The notes: generated from the letters alone by a model not told the origin. A stretch of DNA of 48,244 nt from Actinomycetota bacterium (GCA_009886115.1 VFJJ01000123.1:1-48244); one strand, 5' to 3'; numbered from the stretch's first letter, positions 27,151-37,087 are shown. Program-made: numbers and translations.

Positions 27151-27214
27151 GCTCCCACCCCGACTCGACTGCTTCCCCGTCCGTTTCGACGTCCGCCATC
27201 CGCCAGGAGACACC

Positions 27215-28087
27215 GTGAAACCGGCACCGTTCGAGTACCACGCCCCCGAGACGATCGCCGACGCCGTCGGCCTGCTCGCCCAACACGGCGACGACGCCAA
27301 GCCCCTCGCCGGGGGTCAGAGCCTCGTTCCCCTGCTCTCCTTGCGCCTCACCCGCTTCGACCATCTGGTCGACCTCAACAAGATCGGCGCGCTTTCGGGC
27401 ATCAGCCGAGACAACGGCCACGTCGTCATCGGCGCCATGACCCGTCACCGGGCGGTCGAGCTCGACCCGTCGATCGCCACGTCGGTGCCGATGCTCGCCG
27501 CGGCGATGCCGTGGATCGGCCATTTCCAGATCCGCAACCGGGGCACGATCGGCGGCTCCATCGCCCACGCCGATCCGGCCGCCGAACTCCCGGCCGTCGC
27601 GGCCGCCCTCGACGCCGAGCTCGAGATCACGTCGAAGTCGGGGGTTCGCCGCGTTGCGGCCGCCGACTTCTTCCAAGGTACGTTCATGACGGCCATCGAC
27701 ACCGGCGAGCTCCTCACCGCGGCTCGCTTCCCCGTGTGGGGTAAGGGCTCGGGATTCGCATTCACCGAGTTCGCCCGCCGCAGCGGTGACTTCGCGATCG
27801 CCGGTGTGGGCGTGGGGCTCGAGGCCACCGGGGGGAAGATCACCCGGGCCGCCATCGCCTTCATGGGGATGGGACCGGTTCCCGTGCGCGCCACCGATGC
27901 CGAGAAGGCGCTCCTCGGCGTGAGCATCGCCTCGCTCGATGCCGCTGCCGTCGCCCGGGTTGCCGTGGGCGCCACCGACCCCACCGGCGACGTGCACGCC
28001 TCGGCCGCCAACCGCACCAAGATCGCCACCCATCTCGCAGAGCAGGCCCTCACCCGAGCGGCCTCGAACGCTGCGGCCAACGCCTGA
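27215..28087 (+). CDS. Xanthine dehydrogenase-family FAD-binding (M) subunit
   Basis: MKPAPFEYHAP, AGGQSL, QIRNRGTIGGS and HADPAAE motifs. Confidence 0.92.
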   Translation: MKPAPFEYHAPETIADAVGLLAQHGDDAKPLAGGQSLVPLLSLRLTRFDHLVDLNKIGALSGISRDNGHVVIGAMTRHRAVELDPSIATSVPMLAAAMPWIGHFQIRNRGTIGGSIAHADPAAELPAVAAALDAELEITSKSGVRRVAAADFFQGTFMTAIDTGELLTAARFPVWGKGSGFAFTEFARRSGDFAIAGVGVGLEATGGKITRAAIAFMGMGPVPVRATDAEKALLGVSIASLDAAAVARVAVGATDPTGDVHASAANRTKIATHLAEQALTRAASNAAANA

Positions 28088-28101
28088 GAGTCGAGCCGAC
28101 C

Positions 28102-28614
28102 ATGAGCGAAGTCACAGTTCACATGTCCGTCAACGGCACGGCCCGCCGAGGGCGGGTCGAGCCCCGCAAGACCCTCGCCGACTTCCTCCGCGAGGACTGC
28201 GTCGCAACGAGCGTCCACCTCGCCTGTGAACACGGCGTGTGCGGCGCGTGCACCGTCATCGTCGACGGTGTCGCCTCACGCTCCTGCCTGATGTTCGCCG
28301 TGCAGGCCGACGGCGCGTCGATCACCACGGCCGAGGGGCTCGCCAATCCCGACGGCTCGCTCGGGATCGTCCAAGACGCCTTCCGGCAGTGCCACGGGCT
28401 CCAGTGCGGCTTCTGCACGCCGGGCTTCGTGGTCTCGGTGACAGCCTTCCTGCAGGAGAATGCCGACCCCTCGCTGGAGGAGATCCGGGAGGGCATCGCC
28501 GGAAACCTCTGTCGTTGCACGGGATACCAGGGGATCATCAAGGCCGTTCAGCACGCAGCCGCCACCATGGCGGGCACCCCGACGGCCATGACCACCTCGA
28601 CGGAAGGGAACTGA
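28102..28614 (+). CDS. Xanthine dehydrogenase-family [2Fe-2S] (S) subunit
   Basis: CEHGVCGACT, QCGFCTPG and NLCRCTGY motifs. Confidence 0.93.
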   Translation: MSEVTVHMSVNGTARRGRVEPRKTLADFLREDCVATSVHLACEHGVCGACTVIVDGVASRSCLMFAVQADGASITTAEGLANPDGSLGIVQDAFRQCHGLQCGFCTPGFVVSVTAFLQENADPSLEEIREGIAGNLCRCTGYQGIIKAVQHAAATMAGTPTAMTTSTEGN

Positions 28615-28615
28615 C

Positions 28616-30991
28616 ATGGCGCAGGCTCACGTCCCCATGGCCGACAAGCACCGCGACCGGGCCCCGCTGTTCGAGGGCACGGCGGCCCGCTTCGTCGGCC
28701 AGAAGGTGCTCCGCAAGGAAGATCCCCGTCTCGTCACCGGCCATGGCCAGTACGTCGACGACATCGTCCTGCCCGGCATGGTGCACGCGGCGTTCCTGCG
28801 TTCGAACGTGGCCAAGGGCCGCATCACCAAGCTCGACACGAGCCCGGCGCTCGCGCTCGACGGGGTCATCGCCGTGTACACGCACGCTGATCTGCGCTAC
28901 GTGCCGGGCACGATCGTCGCCACGATGATGCAGGCCATGGGCGGGGCAGCCTGTCCCGAGAACCTCCTCGCCACGGACGACGTCCGCTTTGTCGGCGACT
29001 GCATCGCCGTCGTGGTGGCCGAGAGCCGCTACATCGCCGAGGACGCACTCGAGCTCATCGACCTCGTGGTCGTGGCGGAGACGCCCGTCGTGAACCTCGA
29101 GGAGGCGCTCACCGATACGCACATCGTCCACAAGGAGCTCGGCACCAACATCACCGGGACCATCGACATCCCGCGTGATCCCCACATCGAGGGCCTGCTC
29201 ACCGAGTCGGCGCACGTCGTCACGGCCACGTTCAATCAGGCCCGCCAGACCAACAGCCCCATGGAGACGCGGGGGATCGTGGCGTCGTGGGACCGCTTCC
29301 GGGGCGAGTTGCAGCTCCACATGTCGAACCAGAACCCCCACGAGATGCGCCGACGGGCCGCCGATCTCCTGGCGGTCGACGAGTCGAAGGTGCACGTCGC
29401 CCAGCAGGACGTGGGTGGCGGCTTCGGCCAGAAGATGTTCATGCCCCGCGAGGAAGCGGTGATCGTGTTGCTGTCGCGCGAGGTCGGCCGTCCGCTCAAG
29501 TGGATCGAGGACCGGCGCGAGAACCTGATGGCGTCGAACCACGCCCGTCGCGACCGCGCCACGGTCACCTTCGCGCTCGACGCCGACAAGAAGATCGTTG
29601 CGGGGTACGTCGACATCAACGAGGACGCCGGCGCGTATCCCTTCGGTGGCGCCGGCGCCGGCGCCATGGCCGGGATGCTGCTGCAGGGGCCGTACAAGCT
29701 GCAGCGAACCGCGTTCAAGTCGTACGCGGTGTTCACGAACACCTGTGGACGGGCGGCGTATCGCGGCCCGTGGCAGTTCGAGTCGGTGATTCGCGAGCAG
29801 ATGGTCGAGCACGTGGCCCGGCGCATCGGGATCGACCCCGTCGAGCTTCGGCGCCGCAACGTGATCCAGTGGGAAGACCTCCCGTGGACGACCCCGATGC
29901 AGGTGATGGTCTACGACAACATGTCGCCGGCCGAGACGCTCGACCAGGCCGTCGAGATGATCGGCTACGAGGCCTTCCGGGCCGAGCAGAAGCGGGCCTT
30001 CGAGGAGGAGGGCCGACTGCTGGGCATCGGTTTCTCGCTCTACATCGAGCCCTCGGCGCAGAACATGGGTGCGTTGGCGACCGAGGGGGCGACCGTCCAG
30101 ATCAGCGGGACCGGCAAGGTCGACGTGTTCATGGGCACCGGCTCGCACGGCCAGTCGATCGAGACGACCATGGCCCAGATCGTGGCCGAGGAGCTCGGCG
30201 TGCACGTCGACGACGTCGAGGTGCACCAGGGCGACTCCAACACGCCCTTCGGTGGGGGTACCGGCGGTTCACGGACCGCAAGCATCGTGAGCGGTGCCGG
30301 TCGGGCGGCGGCCATCCAGGTGCGACAGAAGGTCTTCCAGATCGCCGCGCACCTCCTCGAAGCCAACCCCGACGACCTTGAGATCGACTCGAGCGTGATC
30401 TCGGTGAAGGGCACGCCGGCCGGCAAGACGGTGACGCTGGCCCAGGTGTCCCACACGGCCCTGTACGCCACCGAGGGCCTTCCCCCCGGCATGGAGACCG
30501 GCCTGGAGGCCACCGCCCGGCATCGTCAAGAGGCCGTGACGTGGTCGAACGCCTGCCATGTCTGCACCGTGGAGATCAACCGCAACACGGGCGCGGTGAG
30601 CTTCGCTCGCTACATCGTGAGCGAGGACTGCGGCCTCATGATCAACCCGATGGTCGTCGAGGGCCAGGTGGCCGGCGGCGTCGTGCAGGGAATCGCCGGG
30701 GTGCTCTACGAGGACTTCCGCTACGACGCCGACGGCAACCCGCTCACGACCACGTTCATGGACTACCTGTTGCCCACTGCGGCCGAGGTACCGATCATCG
30801 AGCACGGCCACATCGAGACCCCGTCGAACACGCCCGGCGGCTACAAGGGCATGGGCGAAGGCGGCGCGATCGGCGCTCCACCGTGCGTGTTCAACGCCGT
30901 CGCCGACGCCCTGTGGTTGCTCGGCGTCGAGGTCTTCGACCACCCCCTTGGCCCCAACGAGATCCTCGACGCCCTGGCCACCGCCGGCTGA
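28616..30991 (+). CDS. Xanthine dehydrogenase-family molybdopterin-binding (L) subunit, substrate unknown
   Basis: RKEDPRLVTG.G.YVDD, DVGGGFGQK, AYRGPW, SHGQ, INPMVVEGQ and KGMGEGG motifs. Confidence 0.92.
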   Translation: MAQAHVPMADKHRDRAPLFEGTAARFVGQKVLRKEDPRLVTGHGQYVDDIVLPGMVHAAFLRSNVAKGRITKLDTSPALALDGVIAVYTHADLRYVPGTIVATMMQAMGGAACPENLLATDDVRFVGDCIAVVVAESRYIAEDALELIDLVVVAETPVVNLEEALTDTHIVHKELGTNITGTIDIPRDPHIEGLLTESAHVVTATFNQARQTNSPMETRGIVASWDRFRGELQLHMSNQNPHEMRRRAADLLAVDESKVHVAQQDVGGGFGQKMFMPREEAVIVLLSREVGRPLKWIEDRRENLMASNHARRDRATVTFALDADKKIVAGYVDINEDAGAYPFGGAGAGAMAGMLLQGPYKLQRTAFKSYAVFTNTCGRAAYRGPWQFESVIREQMVEHVARRIGIDPVELRRRNVIQWEDLPWTTPMQVMVYDNMSPAETLDQAVEMIGYEAFRAEQKRAFEEEGRLLGIGFSLYIEPSAQNMGALATEGATVQISGTGKVDVFMGTGSHGQSIETTMAQIVAEELGVHVDDVEVHQGDSNTPFGGGTGGSRTASIVSGAGRAAAIQVRQKVFQIAAHLLEANPDDLEIDSSVISVKGTPAGKTVTLAQVSHTALYATEGLPPGMETGLEATARHRQEAVTWSNACHVCTVEINRNTGAVSFARYIVSEDCGLMINPMVVEGQVAGGVVQGIAGVLYEDFRYDADGNPLTTTFMDYLLPTAAEVPIIEHGHIETPSNTPGGYKGMGEGGAIGAPPCVFNAVADALWLLGVEVFDHPLGPNEILDALATAG

Positions 30992-31014
30992 GCCCCGATC
31001 TGACCCCGACCCCA

Positions 31015-31069
31015 CCCGTTCTTTGTGGCTGAGCCCGCGCCAGGCGTGGTCCTGGCCACAAAGAACGGG
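31015..31069. terminator. 15-bp inverted repeat with a nested inner stem between convergent genes
   Basis: CCCGTTCTTTGTGGC-N25-GCCACAAAGAACGGG. Confidence 0.65.
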
Positions 31070-31089
31070 GATGGGCGAGCGGGCGGGCG

Positions 31090-32256
31090 CTACTTCGCGC
31101 CGTCGAGGAGCTCCTGGAAGCCGTACTGGTCGTGGGGGCCGATGATCATGAACTCCCACAGGCCGTGGCCGACCTTGCCGTCGAGCTCGGGGCGGGCCGG
31201 GGCTCGCACGGTGAAGCGGCCGACGCTGTCGATGATGCCCCACTTCTGCGCCTGGGCCTCGGGGGTCGCGAGGTCGACGACGACGGCCTCGGTCAAGGCC
31301 TGACCCTGGTACATGCCGTGGCGCCAGCCGGGCTCCGCGCCGTAGCCCGTCCCGATGCCGAGGTACACGGGGTAGCGCATCTCGACGTCGACCTCGATCG
31401 GTCCGCCGATGGCGTGCGGGAAGCGGATGACGCCCCGGTCGGCGATACGGGTCCCGGGCACGAAGTGCAGGTCGTGCTCGGGCCGGCCCAGCAGCTCCAT
31501 GGGCTTGCCCGTGGCGTCGGGCCACATGAGCTCGCCGGTCTCCATCACCCGGGTACCGTCGCGCTCCTCCTGGCAGATGTAGATGAACGAGAACTCGTCG
31601 AACCGCACGGGCGCGTAGTTCCAGTAGAACGTCGACATCTGCGAGCCCTGGATGCCCGGGGCCTCGGGCTCACCGACCGGACGGACGCCCCACGAGCGGT
31701 CGCGTGAGCCCCACCACCGGTCGGGGGTGACCGCCAACGTTTCACCGGCAACCTCCAGCGTGCCTTCCCACACCCCGTTCTGGGCCAGGCGCTGGGTGTC
31801 GAACGTGACCCGTCCGTGCTTGCGGATGAAGTGCCGGGGCTCGAGCGTCGGATGGTGCGATCCGGTCCAGGTGATGTCGGCGGCGACGCCGGCGTCGTTG
31901 GGTTCCACGATCACCCGCAGCCGCTTGAGCCCTTCCAACACCTCGATGCGGATGGGTCCAACGCGGGTGTCCATCCGGTCGAGGCCGAGCTCGCGTGAGG
32001 ACCGCACGACCCGTTGCATGTCGGAGCCCGCCGCGCCCGGCGTCGTGCGGCGCACGCAGAAGAAGGCGTCGGTGGTTCCCAGGTTGGGGTATTGCCCGAG
32101 CCCGAAGATGCAGAACACGTCGTCGGAGCACGAGTGCATGTTGAAGTAGTAGCGGTCGTAGAAGTTCCGATCGCTCGGGCCGGCATAGCGCATCGGCTCG
32201 GCGATCTGGTGGACCGGGTAGTCGTCGAGCGGCGAGAGCGGGTTGTCGAACGTCAT
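31090..32256 (-). CDS. Conserved actinobacterial hypothetical protein (beta-rich; tocopherol-cyclase/AttH-like fold suspected)
   Basis: LSPLDDYPVHQ, DRNFYDRYYFN and GSRDRSWGVRPVGE motifs; strong coding bias. Confidence 0.75.
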   Translation of the reverse strand: MTFDNPLSPLDDYPVHQIAEPMRYAGPSDRNFYDRYYFNMHSCSDDVFCIFGLGQYPNLGTTDAFFCVRRTTPGAAGSDMQRVVRSSRELGLDRMDTRVGPIRIEVLEGLKRLRVIVEPNDAGVAADITWTGSHHPTLEPRHFIRKHGRVTFDTQRLAQNGVWEGTLEVAGETLAVTPDRWWGSRDRSWGVRPVGEPEAPGIQGSQMSTFYWNYAPVRFDEFSFIYICQEERDGTRVMETGELMWPDATGKPMELLGRPEHDLHFVPGTRIADRGVIRFPHAIGGPIEVDVEMRYPVYLGIGTGYGAEPGWRHGMYQGQALTEAVVVDLATPEAQAQKWGIIDSVGRFTVRAPARPELDGKVGHGLWEFMIIGPHDQYGFQELLDGAK

Positions 32257-32304
32257 CGGGATCCTTGTCGGACGAGGGGGACGGTGATGTGACGGGGCAG
32301 GGGA

Positions 32305-33414
32305 TCAGGCGGGAGGGGCGAGGACACCGGGGGCGGGGAGCCCCAGCAGGCCAGCGGTGAGGTGCACGACGATGTTGTTCTCGTAGGCGTCGGTGTCGGG
32401 AGGCGCGATGTCGAACTTCACGAACATCGTGATGAGGCGGATCATCACCACGCTGAACCGGAACCCGGCGAAGACCTTGAACCAGTGGAGATGGTCGGCC
32501 CGCAAGCCGGTGAGCTCCTCCCAGCGGACCACCAGCGCCTCGTGCGACGGCAGGCCGGGCAAACGCTTGCCGCCGGCGCCGGCCGTGTGGAACTCGTCGA
32601 GGAACAGCCACCATCCGAGATCCATCTGCGGATCACCGTGACAGACCATCTCCCAGTCGAGGACGGCCGTCACCGTCCAATCCTCGAAGAGCTGGTTGCC
32701 CATCCGGGCGTCACCCCAACACAGGAAGTCGCGCGCTTCGGTCGGCCGGTGCGCCAGCAGCCACTCCCACACCGCATCACAGGTGGTGTACCCACGACCT
32801 GATTCGGCCTTGGCCCAGTCGTAGTACTCCTGGTAGTAGGCGATCTGCTGGTCGAGGCCAGTCCGTCCCCGGTCGGGCATCTCGACGACGGGTCCCAGCC
32901 CCAGCTCGCGCCAGGGCGTGGTGTGGATCTTGGCCATGGCCTCGATCCCTGACCAGGCCACCGATGTCTGGTGCTCGGGCGTTGCGTCGAACAGCCAGCC
33001 CTCGTTCATGTACGGCGGTTGGTCGCCAGCGGCCTGCCCCGGCATCTTGCCCATCACGTAGAACGGGGCGCCGAGCACCGAGGTGTCGGCTTCGAACCAC
33101 AGCATCGGGGGGAGGGGTACTTCGGTGTGCGCGGCGAGGGTGCTCATGACGACCCACTGGCGGTCGAACCACGACTCCATGAACACCGTGTAGCCAGTGG
33201 GCTTGACCCGGACGACGAGACCCTCCACCACGGGCTTGCCGTCAGCGTCGGTGGAGGTCGCGTCGAAGATGATCGTCTCATTCGAGAACCCCGACGACGC
33301 GGGGCCGCCCAGCGTTCCGACACTGAGATCGGGGGCCTCGGGACGCTTCGCTCTCAACCAGTCCTGCAGGGCGACCCTGGTCTGCTCGGGATTGCGTTGC
33401 TCGGGGATGGGCAT
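32305..33414 (-). CDS. APH/ACAD10-11-like phosphotransferase family protein
   Basis: SGFSNET, LGAPFYVM, LCWGDARMGN, AVLDWEM and GDP.MDLGW motifs. Confidence 0.88.
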   Translation of the reverse strand: MPIPEQRNPEQTRVALQDWLRAKRPEAPDLSVGTLGGPASSGFSNETIIFDATSTDADGKPVVEGLVVRVKPTGYTVFMESWFDRQWVVMSTLAAHTEVPLPPMLWFEADTSVLGAPFYVMGKMPGQAAGDQPPYMNEGWLFDATPEHQTSVAWSGIEAMAKIHTTPWRELGLGPVVEMPDRGRTGLDQQIAYYQEYYDWAKAESGRGYTTCDAVWEWLLAHRPTEARDFLCWGDARMGNQLFEDWTVTAVLDWEMVCHGDPQMDLGWWLFLDEFHTAGAGGKRLPGLPSHEALVVRWEELTGLRADHLHWFKVFAGFRFSVVMIRLITMFVKFDIAPPDTDAYENNIVVHLTAGLLGLPAPGVLAPPA

Positions 33415-33493
33415 GACCGGGGAACCTATCGGGCTGGGGCCGGACGGTCGAGAAGCCCCGGCGACCCTTTCGCGGGTCTACTCTTCACGCCTC

Positions 33494-34723
33494 ATGGTCC
33501 ACCTCGAACCGCCGGACCCCAGCGAGATGCCTGACGACGGTCCCCTCATTCTGCGTCGACGCCCTCCGTCGGAGCCCATTCCGCGTTGGATACCTAAGGC
33601 GATGGTGGTTTTTTTCGCCATGTATGTCGCGGTGACCACCGGCGGTATATTGCTCGACAAGCTGCGGACGCTTATCATCATCGTCCTCCTATCGCTGTTC
33701 TTGTCATTCGCCATTGAGCCGGCGGTCAATGCCATGTCACGGCGAGGAATTCGACGGGGTGCGGCAACAGGGCTCATGTTTCTGATCCTGTTGGCGTTGA
33801 TGGCGCTGTTCTTCTGGGCGATCGGCTCGCTCATCGCCGACCAGGTGGCCAAGTTCGCCGACGAGGCCCCTGGCTACGTCGACGAGATCGTGAACTTCAG
33901 CAACGACCGCTTCAACACCGACCTCAACGCCGACGAGCTCCGAACCCAGCTCACCGACCCCGAAGGACCGTTCCGGAGCTTCGCCGAGGGCTTGGCCGAC
34001 GATGTCGTGGGCCTGAGCTTCACCGTGGTCAGCCTGTTGTTCCAGATGTTCACGGTTGGCCTGTTCACGTTCTACCTCGTCGCCGACGGCCCACAGTTGC
34101 GTCGGACGATCTGCTCGATGCTGCCCGAGGCCCGTCAACGCGAGGTGCTGAGGGCCTGGGAGCTGGCCATCGACAAGACCGGCGGGTACATCTACTCCCG
34201 GGCTCTGCTGGCCCTTTTGTCGGGTATCGCCCATTGGATTCTGATGGCGTCGCTCGGTGTCCCGTTCGCCTTGGCGCTGGCCCTGTGGGTCGGTGTCATC
34301 TCGCAGTTCGTGCCTGTGGTCGGCACCTACATCGCCGGTGCGCTCCCCATCCTCATCGCGTTGTTGAACGAGCCGGTGACCGCGCTGTGGCTCGTCATCT
34401 TCGTGTTCGCATATCAGCAGCTCGAGAACTATGTGTTCGCCCCCCGAGTCACGGCCCATACGCTGGAGATCCATCCCGCTGTGGCCTTCGGCTCGGCCAT
34501 TGCCGGCGCCGGTATCCTCGGGCCGGTGGGCGCGGTGTTGGCCCTGCCGACCGCGGCGGTGTTGCAGGCGTTCATCTCCACCTACATCCGTCGCCACGAC
34601 GTGGTTGACACGCCACTGACCGAAGAGGTCCGCCGACGTCGGCGGCGATGGTTGCGCCGCAAGACCGTCATCGTGGAGGAGCTCGAGGTGGAGCAACCCC
34701 CCGATCTCACGAGTTCGACATGA
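33494..34723 (+). CDS. AI-2E family transporter
   Basis: Multiple TM segments; LSFAIEP, FYLVADG, YQQLENYVFAPR and HPAV motifs. The start codon is uncertain (33494 or 33527). Confidence 0.88.
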   Translation: MVHLEPPDPSEMPDDGPLILRRRPPSEPIPRWIPKAMVVFFAMYVAVTTGGILLDKLRTLIIIVLLSLFLSFAIEPAVNAMSRRGIRRGAATGLMFLILLALMALFFWAIGSLIADQVAKFADEAPGYVDEIVNFSNDRFNTDLNADELRTQLTDPEGPFRSFAEGLADDVVGLSFTVVSLLFQMFTVGLFTFYLVADGPQLRRTICSMLPEARQREVLRAWELAIDKTGGYIYSRALLALLSGIAHWILMASLGVPFALALALWVGVISQFVPVVGTYIAGALPILIALLNEPVTALWLVIFVFAYQQLENYVFAPRVTAHTLEIHPAVAFGSAIAGAGILGPVGAVLALPTAAVLQAFISTYIRRHDVVDTPLTEEVRRRRRRWLRRKTVIVEELEVEQPPDLTSST

Positions 34724-34747
34724 GCCGCTCAGCGTGAACCCTGAGCC

Positions 34748-35584
34748 TCAGCCGGGCTCGCAGACGAAGTCGACGAGACGCTCGACGGCCCCGACCAGGT
34801 CGGGCTCGAGGTCGGCGTAGGTTCGTACCCGGGCCAGCAGCACGCGCCAAGCCCGGCCGGGCTCGGAGGGCAGTCCGAGCGCCTCGATCATGCCGTCCTT
34901 CCACGACCGGTCGCGGGGGATGTGGGGCCAGGCGTCGATGCCCAGCACCTTGGGGCGGATGGCCTGCCACACGTCGACGTACGGGGTGCCGGTGACGAGC
35001 ACGTGCGGATGGGCGACGGCCGCAGCGATGCGCCATTCCTTGGAACCGGGTACGAGATGGTCGACGAGCACGCCGAGGCGGGCATCGGGTCCGGGACCGA
35101 ACTCGGCAACCACGTCGGCGAGATGGTCGATGCCGTCGAGTCGCTCGACGACCACGCCTTCCGCCCGCAGGTCGTCACCCCAGACACGCTCCACGAGCTC
35201 GGCGTCGTGGATGCCTTCCACCAGGATGCGGCTCGCTCGGGCGACCTGCGCTGCGGGCCGACCGGAGGCTGCGATCGACCCCGATGCCGTCCGACGCTGG
35301 AGTGGATCGCGATCGGGGTCGGGGTCGGAGACTCGTGCCCGCAGGGCGAGCGACACCGGGCGACCGTCGACGGCGAAGGAGCCCCGCTCCCACGGGAACG
35401 TCCGCTCGCGGCTCATCCGGTCGGAGAGGACGACCCCGGAGGGATCGACCTTCACGATGGCCCCGCAGAACCCGGAGTCACGGTGCTCGACCACCAGCCC
35501 GAGCTCGGCATCGACGTCGGGGTACTCGATCTTCTTCCGGCGCGGCTCGTTCAGGACGTCGTGTCCAGGCTTCCAGCGGGTCAC
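34748..35584 (-). CDS. DUF3097 family protein (TOPRIM-like C-terminal domain)
   Basis: RRTASGS, ARASRILVEGIHDAELVERVWGDDLR and VLVDHLVPGSKE motifs. Confidence 0.85.
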   Translation of the reverse strand: MTRWKPGHDVLNEPRRKKIEYPDVDAELGLVVEHRDSGFCGAIVKVDPSGVVLSDRMSRERTFPWERGSFAVDGRPVSLALRARVSDPDPDRDPLQRRTASGSIAASGRPAAQVARASRILVEGIHDAELVERVWGDDLRAEGVVVERLDGIDHLADVVAEFGPGPDARLGVLVDHLVPGSKEWRIAAAVAHPHVLVTGTPYVDVWQAIRPKVLGIDAWPHIPRDRSWKDGMIEALGLPSEPGRAWRVLLARVRTYADLEPDLVGAVERLVDFVCEPG

Positions 35585-35588
35585 CCCG

Positions 35589-36365
35589 TCACGGTACCTG
35601 GACCACCACCGCGGTTCGCGGCATGTCGCCCGATCCCGAGCGTGTGCGCTCGGTGCGGTCGTAGCGCCAACCGGGTGTCTCGAACGACCGCAGACGCGCC
35701 GGCAAGGGGCCCGGCGAGCAGAGCACGTGCCGGGCCAGGAGCCCCTTGACCGCCTTGGCGTCGTGGCCGATGGCCGTGCCCGCCCGGGAGCCCGACTCGA
35801 ACCGCACGCACCACCGGTGGGCGACGGGGTCCCACGCTGCTGCGTGCTCGCCCGGCAACAGGTCGAGGACGTCGGCCTCGGCCAACGTCGCGTGGAGGAC
35901 GCTCGAGAGCAGCGGCTTCCACCAGCGGGCGAGCACCCCCAGGTCGGGGAGGCGGACGCCCATCTTGAGCCGGTAGTCGGGCACCGGGTCGTTGATGTCG
36001 ACGAGGCCCAGCAATCCTGACACCACGAGCACGGAACCCTTGGGGCGCTTGATGGAAGCCGGGTCGAGGTGTTCCCACACGACACCCGTGTATCGCCGTG
36101 ACGCGGGCAGCGTCGCACTCCCGACGAGCTCGAGATTGGCGGTCCGAGCCCTCTCGAGGCGTCGCCCGCCGACGCCGAGCAGCCGGGCCGTGCCTTCGGG
36201 GTCGGCCATGGCCGCCGCCAGCGCACCGGCCACAGCGGCTCTGGCTTCCCCGAGCGCAGCGCCGAAGCGGCCATCGTGCGGATCCCACCCGGACCCGTCG
36301 CCGCCTTCGGCCTTGCCTTCCGACGGTGGGAGCAGGATCGTGACGGGTGATCGGGGAGAGGCCAC
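35589..36365 (-). CDS. yaaA: YaaA-like peroxide stress / DNA-binding protein
   Basis: ILLPPSEGK, PA..RYTGV, SGLLG and PDYRLKM motifs. Confidence 0.8.
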   Translation of the reverse strand: MASPRSPVTILLPPSEGKAEGGDGSGWDPHDGRFGAALGEARAAVAGALAAAMADPEGTARLLGVGGRRLERARTANLELVGSATLPASRRYTGVVWEHLDPASIKRPKGSVLVVSGLLGLVDINDPVPDYRLKMGVRLPDLGVLARWWKPLLSSVLHATLAEADVLDLLPGEHAAAWDPVAHRWCVRFESGSRAGTAIGHDAKAVKGLLARHVLCSPGPLPARLRSFETPGWRYDRTERTRSGSGDMPRTAVVVQVP

Positions 36366-36391
36366 GGCGGCGGAGAGTAGCGTCCGCGGGC

Positions 36392-36997
36392 GTGGAACCC
36401 GTTGTCCCGGTTGGAGACGAGCCTGTGGGTGAGCCCGAGTCTGACGACTCGGTCACGCCCTGGCGCACGATGTCGTCCCGGCCCGTCTACGAGAACCCGT
36501 GGATCAGCGTGCGGGAAGACTCGGTGTCGTTGCCCGACGGGCGCAGCACGATCTACGGGGTGGTCACGGCGGGGGAGTGCGTCGGGATGCTCCCCTTCGT
36601 CGACGACCATCACGTGTTGTTGGTGCGCCAGTACCGCTACGTGTTCGGCCATCCCACCTGGGAGATGCCCACGGGTGGCCTCCACGAAGGCGAGAGCCGG
36701 GAGGAAGCCGTCCAGCGCGAGCTGGCCGAGGAGGCCGGCTATCACGCAGATCGCCTGCACCCGCTGGCCTCGTTTCACACGTCCAAGAGCGTGATGTGGG
36801 AGATCGCCCACGTGTTCGCGGTCGCGGGCCTCACCTCGGTCGAGGTGCCGCCCGACGACACCGAGTTCATCGTGCCGCGGGTGTTCGGCTTCGACGACGT
36901 GGTGCAGATGGTCGACTCGGGCGAGATTCTCGATTCCATGACGGTCGTGGCGGTCCTCCATGCTGCGCGCCGTCGGGCAGCCGGCTGGCGGGCCTGA
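36392..36997 (+). CDS. NUDIX hydrolase (ADP-ribose pyrophosphatase-like)
   Basis: VYENPWI, LVRQYRY and the Nudix box GGLHEGESREEAVQRELAEEAG. The start is approximate. Confidence 0.88.
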   Translation: MEPVVPVGDEPVGEPESDDSVTPWRTMSSRPVYENPWISVREDSVSLPDGRSTIYGVVTAGECVGMLPFVDDHHVLLVRQYRYVFGHPTWEMPTGGLHEGESREEAVQRELAEEAGYHADRLHPLASFHTSKSVMWEIAHVFAVAGLTSVEVPPDDTEFIVPRVFGFDDVVQMVDSGEILDSMTVVAVLHAARRRAAGWRA

Positions 36998-37087
36998 AAC
37001 CCAGCACGGCCGCGAAGCGCAATTCCCGGCACGGCCGCAGGCGCATCTCCCGGTACGGCCGTGGGAACTCCTCGGTAGGGTGACCGC

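Noticed and set aside
27215..30991. Aerobic CO dehydrogenase (coxMSL)
   Set aside because: Lacks the AYxCSFR Cu-binding loop and the cox accessory genes.
32305..33414. Aminoglycoside resistance kinase
   Set aside because: Resembles ACAD10/11-like metabolic phosphotransferases, in a catabolic context.
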